IMG/VR virus record: IMGVR_UViG_3300029305_011675
Reading direction: 5' to 3' (one strand)
Length of the DNA: 64,000 nt
Source: a virus
Lineage: Duplodnaviria > Heunggongvirae > Uroviricota > Caudoviricetes
The notes beneath the pieces are model-generated. The model saw nothing but the letters and a program-made list of their open reading frames with translations. It was not told the DNA's origin and ran no database searches. Below are positions 6,738-17,308 of the stretch, in pieces. The translations under genes and the position numbers were made by a program. Within the stretch, counting starts at the first letter, position 1, and each line of letters starts with the position of its first letter.

Positions 6738-9384
6738 CATAAACAAACTGAAAAATTTCAAGACGATTACTTGTGATGAATACTTGGAAGTATATAAAGA
6801 AGAGATTATACCTGACAGCGAAAAAATATTTGTTAGAGACTTTTTGTTTGCGATTTTAGGTGAAGACAAAATGCCTATGGTAATTCCACAATATCCCTTT
6901 ATTGATAGTGAGGGAAAATCAAGAAGAATAGATTTCGGTATTATCACACCTGAAGGACATAAAATTGCATTCGAAATCAATGGAGAAACCTACCATAAAG
7001 AAGGCATTATACCATCTGCTCAATTTGACGATAATTTGTTTAGGCAAAATGAAATTTTATTTCACGGTTGGATTTTAAGAAGGTATTCCTATGCACAACT
7101 ATTAGACCCATCTTGGAGAAGCCGTGTTGCGAGCGAAATACGACTAACCCTAAAAGTTTATGCACCAGAACTACTTCCACCAACCAAAATTGAACCAAAT
7201 GCAATTCAAGAAGAAGTTCTGGTTGCATTAAAAAATAAACGTGCATTAGGTTGGGGAAAAGGATTAGTTATAATGCCAACAGGTACAGGTAAAACATATT
7301 TATCGGCATTAGACGCTCTTCAATACAATAACAAAAATCCAGATGCAAAAATATTGTTTGTGGTTCATAGATTAGAAATTCTATCTCAATCCAAGGAAGC
7401 ATATAGAGATGTTTGGGGAGATGTAAAAACGGGTTTTTTGGGTGGTGGTACATCCGAGAATTTGCACGATTGCAAAATTCTCTTTGCATCCAAGGACTCC
7501 CTTTGTAAAGACGAAACCTTGCGACAATTTAACCCAAAATCATTCAATTATATAGTTGTTGATGAAGTTCATCATGGTGAAAGTAAAACATATAAAAAAA
7601 TTATAAATTATTTTACACCAGAATTTTTGCTTGGTATAACCGCAACACCTGATAGGAAAGATAAAAAAGATATATTAGAATTGTTTGATTATCATAAGGT
7701 AAGTGAGTATACCCTAAATGATGCCATTGAAAAAGGTTTTTTGGTAAGTTATGAATATCATGGACTAAAAGATAATATTGACTATACAAATATTCGTTGG
7801 AACGGTGTAAAATACGATAGTAAAGATTTGGAGAATCATTTAATCATTAACGAGAGAAATAAAATGATTCTTAATAAATATATTGAACTGTGCAATGGCA
7901 ACAAAACCATTGGTTTTTGCGTATCAATTAAACATGCTCAAAGAATGGCGGACTTTTTCAATTCTCACGGAATTTCTGCTGTTGCTATTGTTTCTTCAGT
8001 AGAAAATAATAAAGAGTTGATTAAGAAATTTAGAAATAATGAGTTCGCTGTTGCTTTTACGGTAGATATGTTTAATGAAGGTGTTGATATTCCGAATGTG
8101 CAGTCGCTATTATTTTTAAGACCCACCGAATCAAAAACTGTATTCCTACAACAAATTGGTCGTGGTCTTCGCCTATCTTCAAATAAAGATAAAATAGTTA
8201 TTCTCGACTTTATTGGTAATTACAAACGTGCTAATTTTGTTCGTCAGTATTTAGCAAAAAATGTCAAAGAAAAAACAAAGCAAGGGTCAAATGCATTTGA
8301 AAAATTCGAATATGAATACAATCCCAAATGTGTTGTCAAATTTGATGACGAGGTTCAGCAAATTCTCGATTATCAGGATGAACAAAATCACAATATTAAC
8401 GAAGATGACTTAATAGATGCATACTTCGACTTAAAAACTAAAATTGGTCGAAAACCAACAATGGAAGATATTAATACCGATGGTAAATATAAAACCAGCA
8501 AATATGCTTCGGTGTTTGGTAGTTGGTTTCAATTCTTAACAAAAATCGGAGAGATAACAGAAAATGGATATCATTATCCACAAGGATTACATATCGGTCA
8601 TATTATGTACATTTTAAAATCTCTGTACGAAAAAGATACTTCTGGATATATGAATGAAAAATTCATTCGTATGAGAGGCGACTTTAGTGATGACAGTAAT
8701 TTAGCCACATTTCAAAGACAAACAAAATATAAATTACAAGGTATGATGGGAATGGGATTAATAACTGATGACAGAAAAAATGGTTTAGATGTTAAGATGC
8801 CAGAATTAACGGAATTAGGCAAACAATTATTTACTATTCTAAAACCCATCATTGATTGTGCTGATTTGTCATTTAAACTCAAATCAAAGGATTACAGTTG
8901 GGAAATGAATGTTGGAGTTTCTATTTTTGTAGAAAACATTAAAACATATCTCAATGATAATGACGAAGCGAGAAAGCAATATCTTAACATTATATTTAAT
9001 TTTGATGCAATCAGACAACTTTTGTGCTTCTTGTATTTTGATAATCGAAAAATGAATATCACAAAATCTGATTGCTATCAATTTTTCATCGAAAGTCTAT
9101 CTGTTAAAAAATATTGTGAAACACAAGGAATTGAGGTTCCGACGTCAGAAGGTGCCAAGCATCGTGTCCCATTTCTTGTTACTTTATTAGAAACGGCTGA
9201 TATCGTCAAAACCGACAGAAGCAACATTTTCATAAACAAAATATTAATCACAGATTTCATGTTTGAAAATCATATTGATGCTTTTACAAAATTATCAGAA
9301 GGAAATCACACTGAAGAGATTAAAGAAACATTTGGCACAGACTTTTTATCTCACATTGAACATATTAAATTGGAGGTACTATAA
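6724..9384 (+). CDS. DUF559-type PD-(D/E)xK nuclease fused to an SF2 DEAD/DEAH helicase; restriction-subunit-like (HsdR-like domain order)
   Basis: The internal ATG has RBS agaggagg. The N-terminal RIDFGIITPEGHKIAFEINGETYH...NEILFHGWILRRY matches DUF559/Vsr-like nucleases. Helicase motif I is MPTGTGKT, motif II VVDEVHH and motif III GITATP. The C-terminal ~400 aa is unassigned. Confidence 0.7.
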   Translation: MTEININKLKNFKTITCDEYLEVYKEEIIPDSEKIFVRDFLFAILGEDKMPMVIPQYPFIDSEGKSRRIDFGIITPEGHKIAFEINGETYHKEGIIPSAQFDDNLFRQNEILFHGWILRRYSYAQLLDPSWRSRVASEIRLTLKVYAPELLPPTKIEPNAIQEEVLVALKNKRALGWGKGLVIMPTGTGKTYLSALDALQYNNKNPDAKILFVVHRLEILSQSKEAYRDVWGDVKTGFLGGGTSENLHDCKILFASKDSLCKDETLRQFNPKSFNYIVVDEVHHGESKTYKKIINYFTPEFLLGITATPDRKDKKDILELFDYHKVSEYTLNDAIEKGFLVSYEYHGLKDNIDYTNIRWNGVKYDSKDLENHLIINERNKMILNKYIELCNGNKTIGFCVSIKHAQRMADFFNSHGISAVAIVSSVENNKELIKKFRNNEFAVAFTVDMFNEGVDIPNVQSLLFLRPTESKTVFLQQIGRGLRLSSNKDKIVILDFIGNYKRANFVRQYLAKNVKEKTKQGSNAFEKFEYEYNPKCVVKFDDEVQQILDYQDEQNHNINEDDLIDAYFDLKTKIGRKPTMEDINTDGKYKTSKYASVFGSWFQFLTKIGEITENGYHYPQGLHIGHIMYILKSLYEKDTSGYMNEKFIRMRGDFSDDSNLATFQRQTKYKLQGMMGMGLITDDRKNGLDVKMPELTELGKQLFTILKPIIDCADLSFKLKSKDYSWEMNVGVSIFVENIKTYLNDNDEARKQYLNIIFNFDAIRQLLCFLYFDNRKMNITKSDCYQFFIESLSVKKYCETQGIEVPTSEGAKHRVPFLVTLLETADIVKTDRSNIFINKILITDFMFENHIDAFTKLSEGNHTEEIKETFGTDFLSHIEHIKLEVL

Positions 9385-9386
9385 AT

Positions 9387-10337
9387 ATGGCTATACATAA
9401 TAAATCTCACAACAATTCTGCACTTATGTCTTTAAATAAAATGAATAAGGACAACATCAAGCATAAGACATCAAAGGACTTTGAGATGCCCGAAAAAAGC
9501 ATTCAACTATTAATGATTCAAGATTGCTTGACTGCATTAAAAGAACTACCAGATAAATCAATCCAATTAATTTGCATTGACCCTCCTTATAATTTGGATT
9601 TGGCAGATTGGGATACATATGATAATTATATGAGTTGGTGTGCTGAATGGTTAAATGAATGTTGGAGAGTTTTGAAAGACGAAGGCAGTTTAGTTGTTTT
9701 TGGTGGCACTCAATTTAGAGATGAAAGAAGCGGCGATTTAACTGAAATTATCTATCATTGTCGCCACAATACTAAATGGAAGTTAGTCAACACAATTGTT
9801 TGGTATTACAAAAATGGAATGTCTGCCCATAGATATTTTGCAAACCGTCATGAGGAAATTATTTGGTTCGTAAAAACCGATAAATATTACTTTGATTTAG
9901 ATTCTGTTAGAGTAAAATATTCAGAAGAAGATTTAAAAAATGCCTTAAAAGATAAGAGACTGAATCCTGAAAATGTTAAAAAAGGCAAAAATCCAACAAA
10001 TGTATGGGAAATAGGTAGATTAAATGGTAATTCGTTAGAAAGAGTTGGACATCCAACCCAAAAACCTTTAGCAGTCATCAGGAGATTAGTTAAAGCATTA
10101 TCATATCCTGGGTCAACCGTCTTGGATTTCTTTGCAGGTAGCGGAACAACAGGTAGAGTGTGTATTGAAGAAGGTAGACACTGTATTCTTATAGATAAAG
10201 GCGAAACAACTACCGATTATTTTAAAAAACATATTGAAAAAATGGAAAAAACAACACTTGCAAAACCCCACCAGTCTGTTGAAACAATTGAAGAATTTTT
10301 CAATTGTGTCGAAGAAGAAACAAATAAAAACAATTAA
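9387..10337 (+). CDS. Beta-class N6-adenine/N4-cytosine DNA methyltransferase
   Basis: Motif IV LICIDPPYN lies upstream of motif I VLDFFAGSGTTG. RBS ggagg. Starts 2 nt after the upstream stop. Confidence 0.8.
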   Translation: MAIHNKSHNNSALMSLNKMNKDNIKHKTSKDFEMPEKSIQLLMIQDCLTALKELPDKSIQLICIDPPYNLDLADWDTYDNYMSWCAEWLNECWRVLKDEGSLVVFGGTQFRDERSGDLTEIIYHCRHNTKWKLVNTIVWYYKNGMSAHRYFANRHEEIIWFVKTDKYYFDLDSVRVKYSEEDLKNALKDKRLNPENVKKGKNPTNVWEIGRLNGNSLERVGHPTQKPLAVIRRLVKALSYPGSTVLDFFAGSGTTGRVCIEEGRHCILIDKGETTTDYFKKHIEKMEKTTLAKPHQSVETIEEFFNCVEEETNKNN

Positions 10338-10661
10338 CACCTTAACTTATTACTGCGAATTTTAAGTTAAATACAAACAAAAATATGGAGTCCGCAATAT
10401 CGGACTCTAAACCAAATATAAAAAAGAAGCCCGCTACTGCGAATAGCGGACTTCCGTATAACAACACTAAAATTAACATTTGTATGACTACCAATCTAAC
10501 AAAAGTGTTTTTTAATGCTGCTTTCTTATTATAGCATTTTCTTATCTAAATGTCAACTCATTTTTGTTAGAAATTCAGTATTCTTATACTTTTGTTAATT
10601 TTGACTAATCTCGTTCCTGCTCGGAACACAAAAATATTAAAATATGATAGGAGTAGATATT

Positions 10662-12812
10662 ATGGATAATATAATGCTAACCGTTGGTAATGTTATTATA
10701 GATGAGCATAGTGGCAAACAATATCGAGTTGTTGCAGTTGTAAACAATGATATTACTTTATGCGAGATGAATACTACGAAGTTTTTACTCTCGTTAATGA
10801 ATAAACAAACCTTGTTCGCACTTGTGGCAACAGGTGAATTAATAATCAAAGTCGAACCACCCATCGTTTTCAACAAGGATGACTTACCAGAGGGTTTTCA
10901 GAAAAAATTCACAATAAGACAACAGATAATGAATGAGGTCCTCAAGGAATATGGACCATCTTATATTGAACTAAACGGTAAAAAACGAGGCAGGACAGTC
11001 AAGGATATAATGAGTAAATATAACTTGGCAAGATGTTCTTTCTGGAGAATATGTACTCAATATTTTCAAAGTGGTCTTCAAGATTATTCGTTAGTTGATT
11101 CGAGATATTTTGGTGCAAATACTGGCAAGACATATAATTATGAGACCAAAACTGGTCGCCCACCAGAATACTCTATGGCATCGGGAATTATTATCACCGA
11201 TGAAATTATCAAGCATTTTGAAGAAGCATTGAAAGATTATAAGTCTGGAAGACACAAATCCATCAAGGATGCTTTTGACAAAATGAATTTGTTGCATTTT
11301 ACAAAAACAGAAATAATTAACGGTCAACCCAGTATTGTTTTATTGCCCATATCAGAAAGACCAACACTCGACCAATTTAGATACTATTGCAACAAACATC
11401 TTACAAACCAAGAAAAAGACTTAATAAAAACATCTGCACTCGAACAAAAGAATAACAAAAGACTTCTTGTAAGCGATTCACTCAATGGTGTAAATGGACC
11501 TGGTGATTTGGTAGAAATCGATGCTTGCGAAGCAGATATATCGTTGGTTTCTGTTATTGACTCATCAAAAACTATCGGCAGACCGATAGTGTACTTTATG
11601 GTTGATGTATACTCTCGCATTATCTTGGCAGTGTCTGTTGCTTTTGATAATAACTCTATGCTTGGTTTATCAAACTTATTTCTAAACCTTGCAGATGATA
11701 AACAGAAGTATTGTGAGAGATACGGAATTAGTTATGAAAACAAAGATATTTGGCCATCAAACATTATTCCCAATCGTGTTCGTGTTGACAAAGGTGCTGA
11801 ATTTAGAAGCAAAGAGTTTGAGAGAATCTGCAATGAACTTGGTATTGAAAGAAATATCGTATTGCCAGGGTGTGGTTCTCTCAAAGGTATTGTAGAGCAG
11901 TCATTTAGACAATTACATCTCAAACAAAATCATCATCTTGAAAATCATGGTCTCATTACCCAAAGACACGATTCCAAACATCATCAAGAGGCGATGTTGA
12001 ATATTGAAGAATATACTAAAATGGTTATTGGTTTTGTTCTAACTCACAACCAACAATGCTTAACAAATTTCCCACTCACAAAAGATATGATTTTGAAGAA
12101 GGTTCAACCCATTCCTGCTTTGTTGTGGAAATATGGCATAAACAACGGTTTCACACCGAGACCAATCCCTTCGCTGCAACAATATCTATTCAATCTTATG
12201 ACACCTATCAATGCCAAAGTAAGCAGAAAAGGTATCAGTCATAAGGAATTATATTATCTAAACACAGAAGATAAAAAACTTGCTCGTGAGATGTTTGATG
12301 CTGGCAACAAAAGAAAAGATTTTGAAGCAAGAATGGATATGAGAGATGTTGGTTCGATTTATTATATCAGAGATAATAAGTTAATGGTCGCCAGACTTAA
12401 CCCGCTAATTCAAGGGAATGCGGAATATGCTGGTATGACGATGAAGGAATACGAAGATTTCCGCAAGGGTAAAAAAGAACTTCTCGCAGCAGGCAAGGTT
12501 AATAACGAAGAATTGTCTGCATTCAATTATGCGATGAACAATGCTATTGTTGAAGAAGCGACAAAACCAATGTTACCTTCTGCAAAAGATATGAGACCTG
12601 CTCGTGAGATTGAAAAGCAGGCAAAATCTAAATCTAATAAAATCAGCAAAAGATTAGAACAACCTAAACTCGAAGCACCAAAAACGGAAGATGTTTTGGT
12701 AGAAGAGTTTATTGAAAAAATAACCGAATGTCCTCCTGCAGAGGAAGTCCCAGTAAAGAAAAATAAGTTAAACACATATAGCAATTGGGACGAAGCATTG
12801 GAAGATTGGTAA
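10662..12812 (+). CDS. tnsB: Tn7 TnsB-like / Mu-type DDE transposase
   Basis: About 717 aa. The core matches TnsB/TniA integrases, e.g. IVYFMVDVYSRIILAVSVAFDNNS and RVRVDKGAEFRS. RBS taggag. Confidence 0.75.
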   Translation: MDNIMLTVGNVIIDEHSGKQYRVVAVVNNDITLCEMNTTKFLLSLMNKQTLFALVATGELIIKVEPPIVFNKDDLPEGFQKKFTIRQQIMNEVLKEYGPSYIELNGKKRGRTVKDIMSKYNLARCSFWRICTQYFQSGLQDYSLVDSRYFGANTGKTYNYETKTGRPPEYSMASGIIITDEIIKHFEEALKDYKSGRHKSIKDAFDKMNLLHFTKTEIINGQPSIVLLPISERPTLDQFRYYCNKHLTNQEKDLIKTSALEQKNNKRLLVSDSLNGVNGPGDLVEIDACEADISLVSVIDSSKTIGRPIVYFMVDVYSRIILAVSVAFDNNSMLGLSNLFLNLADDKQKYCERYGISYENKDIWPSNIIPNRVRVDKGAEFRSKEFERICNELGIERNIVLPGCGSLKGIVEQSFRQLHLKQNHHLENHGLITQRHDSKHHQEAMLNIEEYTKMVIGFVLTHNQQCLTNFPLTKDMILKKVQPIPALLWKYGINNGFTPRPIPSLQQYLFNLMTPINAKVSRKGISHKELYYLNTEDKKLAREMFDAGNKRKDFEARMDMRDVGSIYYIRDNKLMVARLNPLIQGNAEYAGMTMKEYEDFRKGKKELLAAGKVNNEELSAFNYAMNNAIVEEATKPMLPSAKDMRPAREIEKQAKSKSNKISKRLEQPKLEAPKTEDVLVEEFIEKITECPPAEEVPVKKNKLNTYSNWDEALEDW

Positions 12813-12825
12813 GGAGGTATTCGAT

Positions 12826-14433
12826 ATGGATATAAAATATAATTATTACGAATGTGAAAAATTCGAGACACAATATGAAGATTATGATTTTGAAGAAAAC
12901 AAAATCGTAAATGCCAGATATGTTAAGGCACTTGTTGAATGTGATATCGGTAACCCATACATAGAGGCATTGCCACATCCGAGACACGAAGATGATGTAA
13001 GAGATGCATACACAAAACATCTTTTAACATACGACTACGATAAGGTCAAAAATATGACCAAATTAGAAAAGATGTTGCAAGTTAGCACTTTAAGGCAGAT
13101 AAGATTTCCTCTTACATTCCACAAGAATTTGGAATTTTCATTCTATAATGCTTTAATTACATCTTATAGGTCAAGGAAAATCAAACCCATAAACGATAAA
13201 CCAATTGAATATATTTCAAACGATATAGAGACAGAAACCAACTGTGTTTTATATGGTAATTCTGCCGATTCTACAAATGCAGGATTCTCTCTCATAGGTT
13301 ATTCTGGTTGTGGCAAAAGTTCCGCAATCCAAACATTGCTTTCGCATTATCCACAAACCATTATACATCGTGTAGATGAGTTTACACAATATGTCCAGAT
13401 TGTTTATTTGGTTGTAAACTGTGTACCCAATAGTAATTTCTCTGCATTATATGAAGGCATTGGCGATGCTGTTGATAAGGCGCTCGGCAATACTCAACCT
13501 GTTTATGCAAAAGAGATTGCAAAAACAACCACACTTGGCAGAAAAATGGAGAAGGTTCGTGAGTTAATAGAAAGATTTGGTATCGGAATGATTATCTTTG
13601 ATGAGATACAACTCATAGATTTTGATAGAACAAAAGAAAGTTCTTTTGAATCTTTAATGACTTTATCTAACAGAACAAAAGTCGCTATCGCTGTTGTAGG
13701 TACAGAAGATGCCAGAGACAAAATGTTTAAGGAATTAAGAACCACAAGAAGAATTGGAACAGTAATCAACGGTAATATGTATTGTGAGAACAAAATGTTT
13801 TTTACATTCCTTGTCACTCAACTATTTAACTATCAATGGTTTGATGAACCAATTGATGTAACAGAGGAACTTGTAGATGCCCTCTACGATGTCACCAAAG
13901 GCATTGTGGACCAACTTATAGGAATATACTCCTGTATGCATTACGACTATTTAGAGCGAAAGAAACGCCCCGTAATCGATGCGAAATATGTCTATGATAT
14001 AGCACAAAGATATTACCCAGGAATTCAGAATGTTCTTGCGGATTTGGAATCAATTGAAGCGGCAAGAAAACTTATGGGCATCAGACAAGATGCAGAAGTT
14101 AGAGTCGCTTCTATCATTGATAATGCAAAGCAGGAAAAAGAAGCAGAAGACTTGTTACAAAAACAAAATAAAGCAGTCGATAAAATGCTAATGTTGAAAA
14201 ATATTGTAGCAAATATCACTGCCCTATATGATGAATATTCTCTTTCTCAAATTGAAAAGGCATTTAATTTAGTTATAAAACAGACCAAAGACAATCCTAA
14301 ATCCGAAAGAGAAATGAGTCGTTTGGTTCTTGATAAACTTACTCACAGAAGAAATACCAAATCTGCAGATAAAAAGAAAAAGTCGAGTATCCCAGAAATG
14401 GATACAACGACTATGAGAGATTTTATTGGATAA
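12826..14433 (+). CDS. tnsC: TnsC-like AAA+ ATPase (transposition regulator)
   Basis: Walker A is GYSGCGKSS and Walker B is GMIIFDEIQ. It sits immediately downstream of tnsB, with RBS aaggagg. Confidence 0.75.
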   Translation: MDIKYNYYECEKFETQYEDYDFEENKIVNARYVKALVECDIGNPYIEALPHPRHEDDVRDAYTKHLLTYDYDKVKNMTKLEKMLQVSTLRQIRFPLTFHKNLEFSFYNALITSYRSRKIKPINDKPIEYISNDIETETNCVLYGNSADSTNAGFSLIGYSGCGKSSAIQTLLSHYPQTIIHRVDEFTQYVQIVYLVVNCVPNSNFSALYEGIGDAVDKALGNTQPVYAKEIAKTTTLGRKMEKVRELIERFGIGMIIFDEIQLIDFDRTKESSFESLMTLSNRTKVAIAVVGTEDARDKMFKELRTTRRIGTVINGNMYCENKMFFTFLVTQLFNYQWFDEPIDVTEELVDALYDVTKGIVDQLIGIYSCMHYDYLERKKRPVIDAKYVYDIAQRYYPGIQNVLADLESIEAARKLMGIRQDAEVRVASIIDNAKQEKEAEDLLQKQNKAVDKMLMLKNIVANITALYDEYSLSQIEKAFNLVIKQTKDNPKSEREMSRLVLDKLTHRRNTKSADKKKKSSIPEMDTTTMRDFIG

Positions 14434-14448
14434 TAGGAGGAATAAAGT

Positions 14449-16575
14449 ATGAATAAATTCATTCCTATGATTGTTGCCCCTTACCCAGACGAATTCTTAT
14501 ATTCTTGGGTAATGAGATTAGCAAACGCCAATAAACTTTCCGTTCCTCTGTTTTTTGAAACCTATTTCGGTAAAGAATACTTTAGCAAGTTTTTACTTCC
14601 CATAGATATTAGAAAAGGTTTTGGTTCATTCTATAATTTTCTTAATTGTACAACCCCTGTTTCAGAATTATATTTAAGTTTATCTACTCTACAATTTGAA
14701 TTATTGTCTTATCCACCCAAGATGCAGACAAAGTTCATAAATCCTATTTTCAGAAAAGAAAATAACATATATACCATAAAAGAATATTTAATGACAGATT
14801 TCCGTATGTGTAAAGAATGTATGAAGGAAGATAAGGAATTATTCGGAGAAACTTACATTCATCGTTCTCATCAGTTAAATGGTGTTTGTGTTTGTCATAA
14901 ACATCACACCCCATTATTTATTCAAAAAAGGAATTCGAAATACATTTACAAAGATGAAACTTTGGAACAAATGGAGTTAGCAGACACTTTTGAAAAAGAG
15001 TGCGAATATGCTGATTATACCCATTTTCTGTTAGAAAACAATTTTCAATCTAATTCTAATGATTTAATGAAAATCATAATCGATAAATTAGGGATATTAG
15101 AATCAAATAAAAAGGAATTGGTCATAAAAATAAACGAAATACTCAAAAATGGCAAAACTTATTCCAAAGAAAGTTTGTGGTCTAAAAACGATTGTAACTT
15201 TCCAATAAAAGATTTTATTAAAGTATTGATGTATGCATACCCAAATCCAAAAGACATATTAGTAAAAGCGAAGAAATTTTCTCTAATCATTGAACAAAAA
15301 TGTGATAAGTGCGGTAAGACTTTTTACACAACAGAACAAGCACTTAAAGATGGATGGGGTTGTACATTTTGTGATGATAAACTTAAAGAAATAGATTTGA
15401 TAAAGAGATTGATTAAAATTGGTGGAAACGGAGAATATGTTTTCAAAGGTTTCCTACCAACTAAAACTAAAAACAGCATACGTCTATTCCATAAACCTTG
15501 TGGCGAAGAACACCTTACCAGTTTAAATAACTTCGTTTTTAATCACAAAAGATGCAAGTGTGGTATAAAAATGCAAAGAAAAGAAGCAGAAAAAGAGATG
15601 AAAAAACACCCACAATTCAAGTTGGTTGAATTTAACGGTGCTACATTTCCTGCAAAGTTCCGTCACAATGATTGTGGTAGAGAGTTTGAATATAAATCAT
15701 TCAGATGGTTTTTAAAATGGCCTAAATGTCCTCATTGTCAAGGATTTACAAAAGAAAATCTTGAACAAGAAATAAGGGATGTTGTTGGGGATGAATATAC
15801 GGTTTGTGATATTGGTTCTATTCGTAAAGATAAAGTCACCATTAGGCACAACATTTGTGGATGCGCACACGAATATGTGCCATACAATTTTCTTATTGGT
15901 GCCAGATGTCCCAAATGCTACAATCAAGTGTCGTTAAGGGAATTGAAAATAATGTTAAAAGAATATTCTGATGATAGATATGAAATTGTAGGAAAAAGAA
16001 AAGAAAAATGTATTATATATGACAAGGAAACAGACGAAACCATTGAGTTGACAAATAGACATATATTGCAAGAGATTAAAAGACCAACACCATCTTCCTT
16101 ATTACCTGTAAAAAATCGCAAATCCATTCAAAGTCCTTTGTCAACTTGGGATTTTTGGTATCAACTTTGTATTGAATACAAAAACGAGTTTGGACATCTG
16201 TGTCCAGTGATGAATGAAACATACAAAGGATATAATCTATATAGTTGGTTGATTGTAACCAGACAATATTACAGAAAAGGACAACTTTCACAAGAAAAGA
16301 TACAAGCACTTAAAGATATAGATTTTGTATTCGATACTGCATTTTATAAGTGGGAACAAAGGTTTAATGAATATAAAGTATTTGTTAATGAAACAGGAAA
16401 TTATTTTCCTTCAGTCAAAGAAATACACAATGGAAATAAAGTGGGTCAGTGGTTTTTAAGGCAACGAAAAGCGAAAAACAGAGGTAGTTTAAAACCAAAG
16501 TATGAAAAAATATTATTGGAATATTATTCAGATTTTTTTAAAAAACATCCAAGATACAAAAACAATACCATTTAA
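14449..16575 (+). CDS. tniQ: TniQ/TnsD-like target-selector protein
   Basis: The N-terminus MIVAPYPDEFLYSWVMRLANAN is the TniQ signature. Multiple CxxC/CxxH zinc-finger clusters. 708 aa, closer in size to TnsD. Confidence 0.7.
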   Translation: MNKFIPMIVAPYPDEFLYSWVMRLANANKLSVPLFFETYFGKEYFSKFLLPIDIRKGFGSFYNFLNCTTPVSELYLSLSTLQFELLSYPPKMQTKFINPIFRKENNIYTIKEYLMTDFRMCKECMKEDKELFGETYIHRSHQLNGVCVCHKHHTPLFIQKRNSKYIYKDETLEQMELADTFEKECEYADYTHFLLENNFQSNSNDLMKIIIDKLGILESNKKELVIKINEILKNGKTYSKESLWSKNDCNFPIKDFIKVLMYAYPNPKDILVKAKKFSLIIEQKCDKCGKTFYTTEQALKDGWGCTFCDDKLKEIDLIKRLIKIGGNGEYVFKGFLPTKTKNSIRLFHKPCGEEHLTSLNNFVFNHKRCKCGIKMQRKEAEKEMKKHPQFKLVEFNGATFPAKFRHNDCGREFEYKSFRWFLKWPKCPHCQGFTKENLEQEIRDVVGDEYTVCDIGSIRKDKVTIRHNICGCAHEYVPYNFLIGARCPKCYNQVSLRELKIMLKEYSDDRYEIVGKRKEKCIIYDKETDETIELTNRHILQEIKRPTPSSLLPVKNRKSIQSPLSTWDFWYQLCIEYKNEFGHLCPVMNETYKGYNLYSWLIVTRQYYRKGQLSQEKIQALKDIDFVFDTAFYKWEQRFNEYKVFVNETGNYFPSVKEIHNGNKVGQWFLRQRKAKNRGSLKPKYEKILLEYYSDFFKKHPRYKNNTI

Positions 16576-16658
16576 TTAAGAGTTTGGCGATAAAAAGAAA
16601 CTCGTTATTTTGATAAAAAAACAGGGGTGCCTTTTTTAATTGCTTTAATTCAATTCTA

Positions 16659-16687
16659 TTGACAGAATGGCATATTTATGTTATAAT
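16659..16687 (+). promoter_or_regulatory. Sigma-A promoter TTGACA-17-TGTTATAAT for the cargo ORFs
   Basis: ttgacagaatggcatatttatgttataat, followed by a ~120-nt leader that contains a 15-bp long-range helix (16716-16731 pairing with 16778-16792). Confidence 0.6.
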
Positions 16688-16809
16688 AAAATTAGAATTC
16701 CGCAAGTTTTAACTACTTATTCTTTTGAAGATTAACCTGAAGTAGAGGTTATAACTGGATTTCCACACACACGAATCTCTTCAAAAAATAAGAAACGAGG
16801 TTAAAAAAT

Positions 16810-17247
16810 ATGTTATTTGAATATGATTATTGCGGAATTATGTTTAGAAATCCTTTTGCATATGATAATAAACAAAATTATCATTGCGCGACAATGCTGT
16901 TAAATGCATTGTCATCGTATATTACCACATATCGTCCAAAGGAAGAACACACAAGCGAAAGTATTTACAAATTGCTTGTCGCCAATTCAGAACAAAGACA
17001 CATTGGTGATTCTCCTTTTGCTATCAATGGAAAAGGTAGTCTTTTAGATGCAATTTTTGAAGAACTCCGAATGAAAGTTCCCTGTTGTATCGAATTAGAA
17101 TATTATAAAATATTTAAAGCATTTCCATTGAAACAACAACTTTCAGTTATTGCCACCTTGATGGCAGAAAATTTTGGTTTAAGAGAAAAGGCAATCGAGA
17201 ATTTTCTTAAAAAATCAAAAGACCCGTTTGTAACAAACAAAGAATAA
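16810..17247 (+). CDS. Hypothetical protein (transposon cargo)
   Basis: 145 aa. RBS gaaacgagg. No recognisable motif. Confidence 0.5.
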   Translation: MLFEYDYCGIMFRNPFAYDNKQNYHCATMLLNALSSYITTYRPKEEHTSESIYKLLVANSEQRHIGDSPFAINGKGSLLDAIFEELRMKVPCCIELEYYKIFKAFPLKQQLSVIATLMAENFGLREKAIENFLKKSKDPFVTNKE

Positions 17248-17308
17248 AATTAATGGCATACGATTGGTTGTGTGTGCAATCGTATGCTATTTTTTAGGAG
17301 AATTAGTT

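Noticed and set aside
6724-9384. Calling the 886-aa nuclease-helicase a TnsA ortholog
   Set aside because: The N-terminal domain matches DUF559/Vsr-like nucleases rather than TnsA. It is fused to a full SF2 helicase and sits in an operon with a methyltransferase. A TnsA-substitute role is kept only as a speculative note inside a finding.
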